Of a stretch of DNA of 64,000 nt, positions 9,247 to 20,016 are shown one piece after another (the first letter of the stretch is position 1; each line of letters begins with the position of its first letter). The notes under the pieces were generated by a model. It worked only from the letters and a program-made list of their open reading frames with translations. It was not told where the DNA came from and did not search any database. This DNA comes from Candidatus Marinacidobacterales bacterium. GTDB taxonomy: Bacteria > Acidobacteriota > Vicinamibacteria > Marinacidobacterales > DATDRI01. A program made the translations under genes and the position numbers. The DNA lies in assembly GCA_965226495.1 (NCBI GenBank), contig OZ245365.1, positions 352,001 to 416,000 of the forward strand. Reading direction: 5' to 3'.

Positions 9247-9785
9247 GCTGAGTCGGTCGACATTGGAAAATGTTCGTGGCGTTTACGGCTCGTCAGCTCG
9301 TTGTCGGAGTGATGGATCTTTTCTTGAAGCTTCATTAGCCCGTCTAGCACCATCTCGGGACGAGGCGGGCACCCCGGGATGTACATATCCACCGGGATCA
9401 CTCGATCGATGCCCATCAGCGTGCAGTAGTTGTCGTAAAACCCACCGGAGATTGTGCAGACTCCAAACGAAACCACCCACTTAGGCTCGCACATTTGTTC
9501 ATAGACTTTGACGAGCACGGGAGCCATCTTGTGGCTGATGGTTCCTACGACCATCAGCAGATCGGATTGGCGGGGAGAGAACCTGGGAAAGGCGGCCCCG
9601 AAACGGTCCAAATCGTAGTGCGCACTCTGCACCGACATGTACTCCATGCCGCAGCAGGCGGTTACGAAAGGCAGGTTGAACAAGGAGAACTTACGGGCCC
9701 AGCCGACCGCCCGTTCCAGTTTGCCGGTGACAACACTGTTGTCGAGGCCTTCCATCAATCCCATTCGAGAGCTCCCGACCTCCAT
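9243..9785 (-). CDS. nuoB: NADH-quinone oxidoreductase subunit B
   Basis: TACCGME, DRFG, SPRQSDL, GVCTISGG, PVDMYIPGCPPRPE. Confidence 0.95.
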   Translation of the reverse strand: MEVGSSRMGLMEGLDNSVVTGKLERAVGWARKFSLFNLPFVTACCGMEYMSVQSAHYDLDRFGAAFPRFSPRQSDLLMVVGTISHKMAPVLVKVYEQMCEPKWVVSFGVCTISGGFYDNYCTLMGIDRVIPVDMYIPGCPPRPEMVLDGLMKLQEKIHHSDNELTSRKRHEHFPMSTDSA

Positions 9786-10138
9786 TCGTAGGCAAGCCCG
9801 ACCGCAAGAAGGCCTCCAAAGAACAACATCGCCAGGTATCCGGCGACACCAAGCTCATCGAAGGCCGCGGCCCACGCGTAGAAGAAAACGATCTCCACAT
9901 CGAACAAGAGGAAGAGAATCGCCACCCGGTAATACTTGACGGAGAATTGAGATGGAAGTGGTGCCACCTTCTCGGCGCCGCACTCGAATGGATCGTGTTT
10001 CGGCGAATCTGGCGCGATCACTTCTCGGGATCTGGACCTGCCCAGTAGGCGTCCGGCGCCCATCATGCCTCCGGTGACCAGCGCACAGGCGGCGAACATG
10101 AGGGCCAAGGCGGCCCCGGCCGGAAGGTTCTCGACCAT
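9755..10138 (-). CDS. nuoA: NADH-quinone oxidoreductase subunit A
   Basis: PFECG, YYRVAILFLLFDVEIVF, GALEWD. Confidence 0.95.
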   Translation of the reverse strand: MVENLPAGAALALMFAACALVTGGMMGAGRLLGRSRSREVIAPDSPKHDPFECGAEKVAPLPSQFSVKYYRVAILFLLFDVEIVFFYAWAAAFDELGVAGYLAMLFFGGLLAVGLAYEWRSGALEWD

Positions 10139-10351
10139 CGTGTCTTTTTCCCTTTCTTATTTAGAACAAAGGAATTCTAGTCGTCGGCGGAAGAAGCTGT
10201 CAAACTAGGGAGGCTCTTTGAGACGCGCACTCTTTTTGTTACGATGCTGCTTGGGGGTTCGGTGAACCGGCCCTCCCACTCAGGAAAACTCAGCAGTTTC
10301 TCGAGTCTGCGGATTTTGGGCGGAAGGGCGCCCTCAAAAGAAGACGAGAAG

Positions 10352-11758
10352 ATGAGAATGAGATCGACCAGGCGAAGGCTCACCCCATCATCTATTTATA
10401 CGCTACCCATCGCGTGCGGGATCGTCTTGCTTTCGGGAACCGCGGGCGCCGGCCAGGCGCCAGACGGCGACGTTCTCCAGAGCCGCATCTTTGCGGCTCG
10501 AGATCGTGTGGCCCCGGCTCTCGTCAACGTGCAGCCGATCACCGACGTTTACTCCTCGGGAGAGAGGCGAAGTTCGACCGCTATTGGCAGCGGTTTCATC
10601 TTCGACGATCAGGGGCACGTGGTCACCAACTACCACGTGGCGGGGAAGGCGAAGCGACTCATCATTACACTGAGCGATCGGCAGCGGGTGCCTGGCGTGT
10701 TGGTGGGCGTGGATCCGCTCACCGACATTGCCGTTTTGCGGGTGGACGTGGGCGAGGGTTTCCCGCTTCCCGGCTCCGTTGCGCTGGGCGATTCCGATTT
10801 GCTCGAGGTCGGTCAATATGTGATGGCCTTGGGGAGCCCACTCGCTCTTCAGCGGTCCCTGTCGTTCGGGGTGGTGAGCAGCAAAGACCGCTATCTCTCC
10901 GACGATTTCAAGCTTCCGACCGGTGAGCCCACCGGTTCTTTCAACACGTGGATCCAAACCGACGCCGCGATCAATCCCGGAAACAGCGGGGGTCCGTTGG
11001 TCGATCTTGTCGGCAGAGTGGTGGGCGTCAATGCGAGAGGGGCCTTCGGCGCCTCCAGCATCGGCTTCGCCATACCCATCAATATCGTTAAAGAGGTGGC
11101 GGCGGAGTTGATAGAACACGGCCGAGTTCGGCGGAGCTGGTTGGGGCTCGATTTCCAGCCTCGCGAGGAGCTGGCTCAGTACTTCGAGACGGAGCCCTCC
11201 CCGGGTGTCATTATTCGTAGCGTGGAGCCTGACTCTCCCGCGGCACTTGCCGGAATCCAGGCCGGAGACGTGCTCGTGGCCTACGGAGGCCAACAGATTT
11301 CGGCTCAGTTCCAGGAGGAGTTACCCGCGATCTACAAGCTCATTGCCGACACGCCGGTGGGCGAAGCGGTCGAGCAGTTGATCGAGCGCAATGGTGAGGA
11401 GCTTCGCTTCCAAGTTGTGACCGAGGAGCAGAGTCAGGGAATCTCCGACGAGATGGAGTGTGAGAGTTGGGGGTTCACGGCGCGGGGAATTACGCGAGAG
11501 TTCGCCTTGGAGTTCAACCTACCGGACGACAAAGGGGTCGTCGTAATAGGCGTTAAGCCGAACGGGCCAGCGTTTCGGGCGCAGCTTTTTCCCGGTGACA
11601 GGATTGTCCGAATCGAAGACGAGGACATCGCCGGGCTGGATTCTCTCGGAGCGGTCTACCGGCGTCTCGATAACGAAAAGGTAGACGGTGTCCTATTGAC
11701 CGTCATGCGTCGACATTCGCGTCGCCTCGTTCTCATCGAAGCTTCTTATGCACGCTAA
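10352..11758 (+). CDS. HtrA/DegP-family serine protease with PDZ domains
   Basis: Signal peptide, GSGFIF, VTNYHV (His), TDIAVL (Asp), IQTDAAINPGNSGGPL (Ser), two PDZ-like regions; start codon uncertain. Confidence 0.92.
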   Translation: MRMRSTRRRLTPSSIYTLPIACGIVLLSGTAGAGQAPDGDVLQSRIFAARDRVAPALVNVQPITDVYSSGERRSSTAIGSGFIFDDQGHVVTNYHVAGKAKRLIITLSDRQRVPGVLVGVDPLTDIAVLRVDVGEGFPLPGSVALGDSDLLEVGQYVMALGSPLALQRSLSFGVVSSKDRYLSDDFKLPTGEPTGSFNTWIQTDAAINPGNSGGPLVDLVGRVVGVNARGAFGASSIGFAIPINIVKEVAAELIEHGRVRRSWLGLDFQPREELAQYFETEPSPGVIIRSVEPDSPAALAGIQAGDVLVAYGGQQISAQFQEELPAIYKLIADTPVGEAVEQLIERNGEELRFQVVTEEQSQGISDEMECESWGFTARGITREFALEFNLPDDKGVVVIGVKPNGPAFRAQLFPGDRIVRIEDEDIAGLDSLGAVYRRLDNEKVDGVLLTVMRRHSRRLVLIEASYAR

Positions 11759-13196
11759 GCTCGCAGTTACAATCGGTCTCCTCTACTCCCTTTCGATTCC
11801 CGCGCCGGAGTCGATCTCGGAAAAGCTGTCCCGGCTCGAAGAGCGCTATCAGCAAAGCCTGGTCCAGGTTCGCTATACGCAGCAGGTCATGGTCTCGACC
11901 GGCGAGCCACCTCAAGAGGAGGAGCTGACGACGACCGGGCTTCTGATCTCGGACGACGGCACGGTGATGGTGAGTGGCATGATTTACGAGCCTTTCAACC
12001 AGGTGCCGCATGGAGTCGGTATTCGTTTCCCGACGACCGTGAGCCAGGCGGTCGCCGAAGTTAGCGATGCGCGCATCCGCTTGGTGGATGGCAACGAGTA
12101 TTCGGCGACGCTGCTCGGGCGAGATTCCGAAGCGGACGTCGCCTTCTTTCGCATCGAAGCCGAGGATCGGCGGTTCGAACCCGTCGTGTTCGGAACGCCA
12201 CCCATGGCTTCGGTAGGACAGGAGGTCGTGGTCATCAGTCTCCTGCCAGAGCCTCTCGGACCTGCTTTGGCGGTAGAGCTCACTCGTGTCCAGGCCGTCG
12301 TCTCCAACCCTTCGAAAGGTTTTGTGGTGGCGACCGGCGCTGCCGATCCAGTGGGTTCCCTAGTTTGCGATTTGGATGGAACGCCACTCGGCATGCTCGA
12401 CGCGCTGACCGTGTCCATGCCCGTCGGCAGTATGCGGAACCCGCTGTCGTTCTTGTCTGTGTTGCGAGGTTTACCGAAAGGCGTGGGGCGAGGGTTCGCG
12501 CGACCGGCCGAACAATTTGCGGCGGCTGCCTCCCGGCCGCCCGAAACCACTCGCATGAGGAGAGGTTGGCTGGGGGTAGAAATGCAGGCTCTGACACCGG
12601 AGCTTGCGAGTCATCAGGGCCTGCCGGTCAAGGCGGGCATCGTTCTCGGCTATGTGTACCGTCAGTCACCCGCCGAAGACGCCGGCCTTCAAACAGGAGA
12701 CGTTCTGATCGAGCTGCAGGGGAAGCCCATCGACGTGGACAGAGACGAAAGTCTCGGAGCCTTCTCGGAGAAGCTCCTACGCGCTGGTGTTGGGACGGAG
12801 GTGGCGATTGGCTACCTGCGAGACGGTGAGCGTCGGGAGACGCTAGCCACTCTGGCGCCGGCGCCCAAGACCGCCAGAGAAGCGGAAACCGTGGAAGTGG
12901 ACGAGTTGGATCTGGCGGTGCGCGAGGTGACGTTCGACTATCTGGCTACCCGCAGCCTCGATCCGGACACCGAGGGCGTGGTTGTGAAACAGCCTCCGGT
13001 TTCCGTTCGCACGAATCCACATCGAGTGCGACGGGGAGATCTCTTGGTCAAGCTCGGAGAGCAGAAGATTGCAGACATCGCCTCTTTTCGGCGCGCTGTC
13101 GAGACGATTCGGCAAGACCAGCCCGGAGAAGTGGTCTTGTTCGTCGAGCGCGGGAAGGAGAGCTTCTTCTTTGCCGTCAAGCCAGTTTGGGAATAG
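11748..13196 (+). CDS. HtrA-like PDZ protein with a degenerate (probably inactive) protease domain
   Basis: Signal peptide, TGLLISDDG, GRDSEADVAFF, RGWLGVEMQ, SPAEDAGLQTGDVL; lacks TNxHV and GNSGG. Confidence 0.8.
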   Translation: MHAKLAVTIGLLYSLSIPAPESISEKLSRLEERYQQSLVQVRYTQQVMVSTGEPPQEEELTTTGLLISDDGTVMVSGMIYEPFNQVPHGVGIRFPTTVSQAVAEVSDARIRLVDGNEYSATLLGRDSEADVAFFRIEAEDRRFEPVVFGTPPMASVGQEVVVISLLPEPLGPALAVELTRVQAVVSNPSKGFVVATGAADPVGSLVCDLDGTPLGMLDALTVSMPVGSMRNPLSFLSVLRGLPKGVGRGFARPAEQFAAAASRPPETTRMRRGWLGVEMQALTPELASHQGLPVKAGIVLGYVYRQSPAEDAGLQTGDVLIELQGKPIDVDRDESLGAFSEKLLRAGVGTEVAIGYLRDGERRETLATLAPAPKTAREAETVEVDELDLAVREVTFDYLATRSLDPDTEGVVVKQPPVSVRTNPHRVRRGDLLVKLGEQKIADIASFRRAVETIRQDQPGEVVLFVERGKESFFFAVKPVWE

Positions 13197-13472
13197 CAGG
13201 GTGCTGACAAATTCACGGCCCTGCGCGAGGAGCCATCAGCTGTCCCGCCGCCGCTTGCCGGTGAAGGGAAGGCGGTGGGGGTGGGCCCCGCCGCACTGAT
13301 GAAGGAGCGAGCCCGGCCCGGATGGGCCGATTGCGGGAAGCCGAGCGGAGCCGTCAGATGTCCCGCCGCCGCTTGTCGGCGAAGGGACGAGCCGTGGGGG
13401 TGGGGCCCCGCGGCCGTGATGGAGGAGCGAGGCGCCAAGCGCGCGAACGAGGAGTGAGCGCGCACTGATGCA
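13194..13472 (+). repeat. Modular structured intergenic repeat, copy A (two internal units of about 83 bp)
   Basis: Direct repeat 13229-13311 vs 13347-13431; both ends shared with the 22288 copy. Confidence 0.85.
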
Positions 13473-13488
13473 GTGGAAGGAAAGGCAC

Positions 13489-16338
13489 ATGGAGCCGGAC
13501 CAGCTGGTCGTCAAAGGAGCCAGGCAGCACAACCTTAAGAACGTTACCGTCGAGATCCCCAAGAAAAAGCTGGTCGTCTTCACCGGTGTGTCGGGGTCGG
13601 GGAAATCCTCCTTAGCCTTCGACACGCTCTACGCCGAGGGGCAGCGGCGCTATGTGGAGTCGCTTTCCAGCTACGCCCGCCAGTTTTTGGGCCAGATGGA
13701 TAAGCCCCTCTACGATACGATTCGCGGTCTTTCGCCGACGATCTCCGTCGATCAGAAATCCTCCGGACACAATCCTCGTTCCACGGTGGGAACGGTCACC
13801 GAAATCTATGACTACCTTCGTGTTTTCTACGCGCGCATCGGGAAGCTTCATTGCCACCGTTGCGGTCGGGCGGTTGCACAGCAATCCTCACAGCAGATAG
13901 TGGACGAGATCCTGGCGCTTAAGCCCGACACCCGATTCCAAATTCTGGCCCCCCTCATTTCGGAACGAAAGGGTGAGCATCGCGAAGTCCTCGAGCAGGT
14001 ACGTCGTAGTGGCTTTACTCGAGTTCGTCTCGACGGAAAATTTCGTTCGCTCGATGAACACATCGAGCTGGATAAGAAAAAAAAGCACACCCTCGAGCTC
14101 GTTGTGGACCGATTGGTAGCCAAGCCCGAGTCCGGGAGCCGCGTCGCCGACTCGGTAGAGACCGCCCTACGCTACGGCGGCGGGGTTCTGGTCGTCGCTT
14201 TCGTAAAGGATTCGGGTACAACCGCCATCGCGGATCGCTTGTTCTCCGAGCACCGTGCCTGCCATTCCTGTGGGTTGAGCTTCCCGGAGCTCTCGCCACA
14301 GCTTTTTTCCTTCAATTCGCCACAGGGTATGTGCCCCGATTGCAACGGACTAGGGACTAAGGCGGAGATAGACCCCGATCTTTTGATACCCGACGACTCT
14401 TTGTCCATCAATCAAGGGGCGCTCAAGCCCTGGGGACCTATCAAGGAGAAGAAAGGTTGGACCGCCAACCTTATGAGGCGAGTCGCTCGCAAACACGAGA
14501 TCGATCTCGATCGTCCGTGGACCAAGCTTCCGAAAGAGCACCGAGAGATCATCCTCTACGGATTGGGAAAGAAAAAGGTGCAGCTCCGTTGGAAAGGTAA
14601 ATCGGGCTCGGGTTCGTTTCAAATGCGTTTCGAAGGGATCGTCAATTCGCTGTTTCGCCGATTGAAAGAAACGCAGTCGGAGGCCGCCCGTAAGTACTAC
14701 GCTCGGTACCTTTCCGACAAGTCGTGTTCGAGCTGTGAAGGCACACGGCTACGACCAGAGGCACGCTCCGTGCGGGTCGTCGGTAAGAGCATCACCGAGG
14801 TCTCGGCAATGACCATCGACGACGCGTATTTGTTCGCTACCACCGCCGAGCTAGAGGGCAGTGACGCGATGATCGGAGCCGAGCTCCTGAAGGAGATCAC
14901 CAATCGTCTCCGTTTCCTGCGCGACGTGGGGTTGAGCTACCTTTCGCTCAACCGTTTGGCTCCATCACTTTCTGGAGGCGAGTCGCAACGAATTCGCTTG
15001 GCCAGCCAAATAGGTTCCGAGCTGACCGGCGTGATCTATATCCTGGACGAGCCGTCCATCGGACTCCACTCGCGCGATAACGCCAAGCTCATTGGAGCGC
15101 TCCGTCATCTAAGGGATATCGGCAATAGCGTCATCGTGGTGGAGCACGATCGGGAGACCATCGAGGCGGCCGATTATTTGATCGACTTCGGCCCGGGGGC
15201 TGGGGTTCGGGGTGGGGAGGTCGTTGCAGCCGGAACTCCCGACGAGGTGCGTCGCAACACCGGCTCCCTCACCGGTCGTTATCTGTCCTGGGAAATTTCG
15301 ATCCCGGTTCCCGAGACCCGACGGCGGCCGGGCCGGCGTTTCGTGGAGGTCAAGGGGGCGCAAGGGAACAACCTTCAGAATATCGACGTCCGCATCCCCC
15401 TGGGGGTGTTGGTTGCGGTGACCGGCGTCTCGGGAGCGGGGAAGAGCACCTTAGTGAACGGTATTCTTTACCCCGCACTGGCACGAGCCCTCCATCGTTC
15501 AGACATCCACGTGGGAGAGCACCGGACGATCCGCGGTCTCGAACATCTGGACAAAGTCATCGATATCGATCAGGCGCCGATCGGTCGCACCCCTCGCTCG
15601 AACCCGGCGACCTACACCAAGGTCTTCGACGAGATCCGCAACTTGTTCGCAACTCTGCCCGAGTCTCGAATGCGAGGATATCTGCCCGGTCGGTTCTCGT
15701 TCAACGTGAAGGGTGGCCGCTGCGAGCAGTGCCAAGGAGATGGGGACATTAAGGTAGAGATGCACTTCCTGGCGGATGTCTACGTGCCGTGTGAGCTCTG
15801 CGGAGGAAGGCGTTTCAACGAGGCGACGCTCCAAGTGCGTTACAAGGGGCTTTCGATCGCCGATGTCCTCGATCTCACTGCCGCCGAAGCGGCCGAGCTC
15901 TTCCAGAATCATCCGTCCATTAACCGTATTCTGGGGACCGTCATCGATGTCGGGCTCGGTTACATCCGGCTCGGACAGAGCTCGCCCACGCTTTCGGGAG
16001 GCGAGGCACAACGCGTCAAGCTTTCCCGCGAGCTTGCCAAGCGATCCACGGGTCGCACTCTCTACATATTGGATGAGCCCACAACCGGCCTCCACTTCGA
16101 CGACATCGCCCGCCTACTACGTGTATTGAATCGCCTAGTCGACGCGGGTAATTCCGTTGTCGTGATCGAGCACAATCTGGATGTGATCAAGACCGCCGAT
16201 TATTTGATCGACCTCGGTCCAGAAGGTGGGGAACGGGGCGGAAGGGTCGTGGCAACGGGAACCCCCGAAGAGGTCGCGCAGGTCTCTACTTCTTATAGCG
16301 GTCAGTTTCTCGCGAAGATTCTGAGAGCGGCTGCTTGA
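13489..16338 (+). CDS. uvrA: Excinuclease ABC subunit A
   Basis: [49 protein letters not shown], two ABC domains with Zn fingers. Confidence 0.98.
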   Translation: MEPDQLVVKGARQHNLKNVTVEIPKKKLVVFTGVSGSGKSSLAFDTLYAEGQRRYVESLSSYARQFLGQMDKPLYDTIRGLSPTISVDQKSSGHNPRSTVGTVTEIYDYLRVFYARIGKLHCHRCGRAVAQQSSQQIVDEILALKPDTRFQILAPLISERKGEHREVLEQVRRSGFTRVRLDGKFRSLDEHIELDKKKKHTLELVVDRLVAKPESGSRVADSVETALRYGGGVLVVAFVKDSGTTAIADRLFSEHRACHSCGLSFPELSPQLFSFNSPQGMCPDCNGLGTKAEIDPDLLIPDDSLSINQGALKPWGPIKEKKGWTANLMRRVARKHEIDLDRPWTKLPKEHREIILYGLGKKKVQLRWKGKSGSGSFQMRFEGIVNSLFRRLKETQSEAARKYYARYLSDKSCSSCEGTRLRPEARSVRVVGKSITEVSAMTIDDAYLFATTAELEGSDAMIGAELLKEITNRLRFLRDVGLSYLSLNRLAPSLSGGESQRIRLASQIGSELTGVIYILDEPSIGLHSRDNAKLIGALRHLRDIGNSVIVVEHDRETIEAADYLIDFGPGAGVRGGEVVAAGTPDEVRRNTGSLTGRYLSWEISIPVPETRRRPGRRFVEVKGAQGNNLQNIDVRIPLGVLVAVTGVSGAGKSTLVNGILYPALARALHRSDIHVGEHRTIRGLEHLDKVIDIDQAPIGRTPRSNPATYTKVFDEIRNLFATLPESRMRGYLPGRFSFNVKGGRCEQCQGDGDIKVEMHFLADVYVPCELCGGRRFNEATLQVRYKGLSIADVLDLTAAEAAELFQNHPSINRILGTVIDVGLGYIRLGQSSPTLSGGEAQRVKLSRELAKRSTGRTLYILDEPTTGLHFDDIARLLRVLNRLVDAGNSVVVIEHNLDVIKTADYLIDLGPEGGERGGRVVATGTPEEVAQVSTSYSGQFLAKILRAAA

Positions 16339-16342
16339 TATT

Positions 16343-16381
16343 TCCCCTCACCCGATCCCTCTCCCCAAAGGGGAGAGGGAT
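16343..16381. repeat. REP-like palindrome of the CCCCTCACCC...CCCTCTCCC-GGGAGAGGG type; may act as the uvrA terminator
   Basis: 12-bp stem ATCCCTCTCCCC/GGGGAGAGGGAT with a 3-nt loop, just after the uvrA stop. Confidence 0.7.
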
Positions 16382-16477
16382 AGCAGGTTTGACGGTCTTC
16401 TAAGTCTACGAAAGGACGTCAATCCAATTAATTTGACCGACTCCTCCGGAGTTGAGAGAATCCGAGCGAGGTAACGA

Positions 16478-17221
16478 ATGGGACGCCCCTATCGCGGAGG
16501 AACCGCAACCTGGTCTTTCGGAGGACCGCTGACGCCGGCGGTCAAGTATCTACTCATCGCTAACGTCGGCGCCTTCGTCGTGCAACTCCTCTATCCGCCG
16601 TTCACAGATTGGTTCCGTCTCGATCCCTCGCAGGTGTTGGGCAGTCTCTATGTCTGGCAGCTGGTCACGTACATGTTTCTTCACGGGGGTCTTTTTCATC
16701 TATTCATCAACATGCTCATCTTGTTCATGTTTGGCGGTGAGATGGAGAGGCTATGGGGAACGCGTTTCTTCCTACGTTACTATTTCATTTGCGGTCTAGG
16801 CGGGGGGCTCTTTGCGCTCGTCGCGGGCTATCCGGTGATCGGCGCCTCGGGGGCGATTTACGGGTTACTCGTCGCCTTCGCGATGTACTTTCCAAACCGC
16901 GTAATCTACATGAACATCTTCCTCATCTTCTTCTTTCCCATTCAGGCGAAGTACTTTGCGATCATCATGGGTCTCATGAGCCTTCTCTCGTCGTTGATGG
17001 GACCATCTGGTGTCTCTGACCTCGCCCATCTGGGCGGACTGGCCGTGGGCTACCTCTACCTTCGTTGGGGTGGTGTCAGGAGTGGACGCGGGACCGGAAA
17101 AGAAACAGGCGGGGGATTCATCCAGGATTCCTACCGTCGTTGGCGGATGAAGAGGCTGCGCAAGAGATTCGAGCAGTACTACGAAAAGCGCGGCGGCGGT
17201 GGTGGACCCACCATCCATTAA
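16478..17221 (+). CDS. Rhomboid-family intramembrane serine protease
   Basis: WQLVTYMFLHG, HLFINM, GASGAIYG, AHLGG. Confidence 0.93.
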   Translation: MGRPYRGGTATWSFGGPLTPAVKYLLIANVGAFVVQLLYPPFTDWFRLDPSQVLGSLYVWQLVTYMFLHGGLFHLFINMLILFMFGGEMERLWGTRFFLRYYFICGLGGGLFALVAGYPVIGASGAIYGLLVAFAMYFPNRVIYMNIFLIFFFPIQAKYFAIIMGLMSLLSSLMGPSGVSDLAHLGGLAVGYLYLRWGGVRSGRGTGKETGGGFIQDSYRRWRMKRLRKRFEQYYEKRGGGGGPTIH

Positions 17222-17943
17222 GCGAAGCGGGTGGCAGGTTGATCGAAGAAACCCACTAAGTCATCTATCTTCATCGCTTCCCGCACGAAGAAAGCCTCCC
17301 CAAGTTTCACGTCGATAAGAGAACCGAAGTAGCGATGAATCCCTTCCATTCGGGCCAGGAAGTCTGGATGACTGATGAAGGTTTTGGGCTCGCTCGAGCT
17401 CGGATCGTGGAACTGGGAGCGGTACGCCTCGATCGCTCTTAGCTTCTTCTCGTAATAGTCGCTTATGTCGACCACGAACGAAGGCGCGACACGCTGAGGA
17501 AGGAAGTAGTAGAGCACACGGTTGGGGCGGTGCGGCTCACCGTTCGCCTCGAGCTTGGCGAGTCCCGCTAGGTACGTGGCTTCCGCGACCAGTCGGCCGG
17601 AGACGGCGTGATCGGGATGGTTGCTTTCCCAATAGTTGGTAATGACTAGACGCGGTTTGAGCTCACGGATCGCTTCCGCAACCGCGATCTTGCTCGGCCA
17701 ATCCGCAGCCAATCGGCCGTCGCCCAAATCGAGACAACGGCGGCTCGCAACACCCAAGATTTTCGCGGCCTCCTCGGCCTCCGTCTTTCTCTGCTCTCGC
17801 GTACCCCGCGTGCCCATTTCACCGGCGGTGAGATCGATGATAGCGGTACGATGTCCTTGCGCGGCCAGGCGCAGCAGCGTTCCGCCCACGAATAGCTCGA
17901 CATCATCTGGATGCGGGCCGAAGGCGAGGACGTCGACTTTCAT
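17218..17943 (-). CDS. bshB1: Bacillithiol biosynthesis deacetylase BshB1 (PIG-L family)
   Basis: FGPHPDDVEL, DLTAGEMGTRGT, HPDH, AYRSQF. Confidence 0.85.
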   Translation of the reverse strand: MKVDVLAFGPHPDDVELFVGGTLLRLAAQGHRTAIIDLTAGEMGTRGTREQRKTEAEEAAKILGVASRRCLDLGDGRLAADWPSKIAVAEAIRELKPRLVITNYWESNHPDHAVSGRLVAEATYLAGLAKLEANGEPHRPNRVLYYFLPQRVAPSFVVDISDYYEKKLRAIEAYRSQFHDPSSSEPKTFISHPDFLARMEGIHRYFGSLIDVKLGEAFFVREAMKIDDLVGFFDQPATRFA

Positions 17944-17972
17944 TCGAAGCTCGAGGTCATGAGGTCATAGTG

Positions 17973-19892
17973 TCAGTGGATCGCCAGCTCGATCTCGGTT
18001 GCGGCTCGTCGGCCCAGGCTGGGGCTCTCGACGCGTAGCACGGCCCGATAGTACCCCCTCGGCAAATCCGAGGTCGGCAGCCTTAGTAGCACAGGGAAAC
18101 CGGCATCCCCGTATTCGGAGAGCTTGAGTGATGACGCGTGTCCGCCGGATTTCAACTCTCGATCTTCCTGGGAAATGACGTAGGTGAGTTTAGTGTCGTC
18201 CTCCGCCGCGGTAGCACCCTCGCTGGGAAAAACCCGGAAGTAGAGGAAGGCGTCCTCGCCCCGATTCAGGTTTGGCGTGGGCCGGATCTCGATCGACTGC
18301 GCGTCTCCCGAAGCACCAGCGGAAGGCGGAAACACGGGAACGATACTCGAGAAACCGAAGCGTTTGCCGAATCCTTCCGGCACTTCGAGAGCCGTGGAAG
18401 CCTGATAAACCTGTTCCCCAGAAGCGTCGACAGTCAGCTGCAGCAAGTAGAGACCCGGGGCGAGGCGGGGGTTTTGGACCACAAAAAAGTGGGTTGGGTC
18501 GACTTCGTCGCTGAACTCGGCCACTGTTCGTGCTTCGTCGGTGATCGTCAGTTTGAGTGTCCGCGTCGTAATTCCATCTTCCGAAGTCAGCATATCCAAC
18601 GGAAGAGCAACGACGATTGGGACCTCGACTTGATCACCAGCGGGGAAGAGATAGGTTGTGATCTCGACTTGTTCTGGGGGCGCGGGGCCAGGGGGAAGCT
18701 CGTTGATCGCCTCGCTGGGCTCGGGGGTGCGAGCGGGCGCCGGCTCCGGCTCCGTTGCACTTGCTGGCGCGGGAGGAGGGCTCGGCTCCTCTGGAGTCGC
18801 CTGCGCTGCCATCTGTGCCGGCGGTGCCGGTGCCTTTTTTGCGAAATAGCCGCGACGCGCCACCACCTCTACGTTCGGTCGGTCGACCTTCACCTGGATG
18901 CTGCGATACTTTCCATCGTAGTTCGTGTTCGTGGAAGTGTAGGTGAGCTGATAGTACCGGCTATTTTCGATGCCGATCTTCCGAAGTACCGGCTCGAACG
19001 TGTTGAGGTTGTAGTAGTACCTCCCTCCGGTCTCGTTCGCGATGGGAAAGAGTCCTCCGATGCCAAACGCGTTCGAGGAGGAAATCGGCGTCGCACTACT
19101 GGCGGGGGCGAACCCTCCGACTCCGTTAATGTCGATCGAGTAGACAGTCGTATTCGATTGGTTGAATGCGTCGACGGTATCTTCGAGATAAGTGATGAGA
19201 TTCTGCGTTTGCCCAAGCTCCGGCGACATAAAAATGACGATCTTGCGTCCGGGAAATTGTCCGAGGCCTTGTCCCAAGCTCTCAAGGGTGTCGTACACGT
19301 TGCGCGTGCCAAGATCGCTGCCGGTGCCTCGGTAGAGGTCGGCCTCCAGGAGGGAAATTTTTCGGATCGTCTGGATCGTTTCTTCTTTCGAGTCGTTGAA
19401 CTGCTGGAGGACCTTCGTCGAGAGGCCCATGTCGAGGACGAGTGCTTCGTCCTCATCGGCCATGGATTCCACGACGAAGTTCTCGAGGGCCATCCTGGCT
19501 CTTCGGATGAACCGCGTGCGAGCGTTCTGCCGGTTGATGATAAAGATGAACCGGCGGGGGAAGGCATTGATGAACGCCCCCGCGGGGGGGGCGGTGGGCT
19601 CGCCCTGCGGCGCCTGGCGGCCGACGTATGAGCTCCAGTCGATCACTTCGAAATTTTCGATCTCCTGAAGCACACCGTCTTCTAGAACCTGCAAATCGTC
19701 TCGACTAAGGCCGGCGATCGGTCGCCCCTGCTCATCGAGGACCAACACATCCACCAAGACCGCGGCGACCTCGGTTCGAAATCGCGGCGGCGCCTGAGGT
19801 GTTTGCTCTTGTTCTTGAAACGACGAGGCCAGACTCGTCAACACGACCGCCGCTACGACCATGAGCAGAGTGCATGCACGAGATCTAAGCAT
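17973..19892 (-). CDS. Secreted acidobacterial VWA-domain protein with a Pro-rich linker and C-terminal beta domains
   Basis: Signal peptide, VLVDVLVLD..GRPI.GL, GRKIVIFMS, IANETGG, YYQLTY, DGKYRSIQVKV, ARRGY. Confidence 0.85.
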   Translation of the reverse strand: MLRSRACTLLMVVAAVVLTSLASSFQEQEQTPQAPPRFRTEVAAVLVDVLVLDEQGRPIAGLSRDDLQVLEDGVLQEIENFEVIDWSSYVGRQAPQGEPTAPPAGAFINAFPRRFIFIINRQNARTRFIRRARMALENFVVESMADEDEALVLDMGLSTKVLQQFNDSKEETIQTIRKISLLEADLYRGTGSDLGTRNVYDTLESLGQGLGQFPGRKIVIFMSPELGQTQNLITYLEDTVDAFNQSNTTVYSIDINGVGGFAPASSATPISSSNAFGIGGLFPIANETGGRYYYNLNTFEPVLRKIGIENSRYYQLTYTSTNTNYDGKYRSIQVKVDRPNVEVVARRGYFAKKAPAPPAQMAAQATPEEPSPPPAPASATEPEPAPARTPEPSEAINELPPGPAPPEQVEITTYLFPAGDQVEVPIVVALPLDMLTSEDGITTRTLKLTITDEARTVAEFSDEVDPTHFFVVQNPRLAPGLYLLQLTVDASGEQVYQASTALEVPEGFGKRFGFSSIVPVFPPSAGASGDAQSIEIRPTPNLNRGEDAFLYFRVFPSEGATAAEDDTKLTYVISQEDRELKSGGHASSLKLSEYGDAGFPVLLRLPTSDLPRGYYRAVLRVESPSLGRRAATEIELAIH

Positions 19893-20016
19893 CGGTACTC
19901 CTTACGGGGGCGTGGGGTCTGGTAGCCGAAACCAAACTCAAGCGCATTATAGAGACGCCGCCGGTCGGCCACAAGCGAACGGTGTCGCACGGAAGACGCA
20001 CTCTATTCGCTCGCGA

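Noticed and set aside
13290-13345. Hammerhead ribozyme (CTGATGA here and at about 60199)
   Set aside because: No stem II followed by GAAA and no cleavage-site helix; other copies read CTGATAA or CTAATGA
18138-19631. 497-aa + strand ORF
   Set aside because: Antisense shadow of the VWA gene, as are the other long overlapping ORFs in this GC-rich DNA
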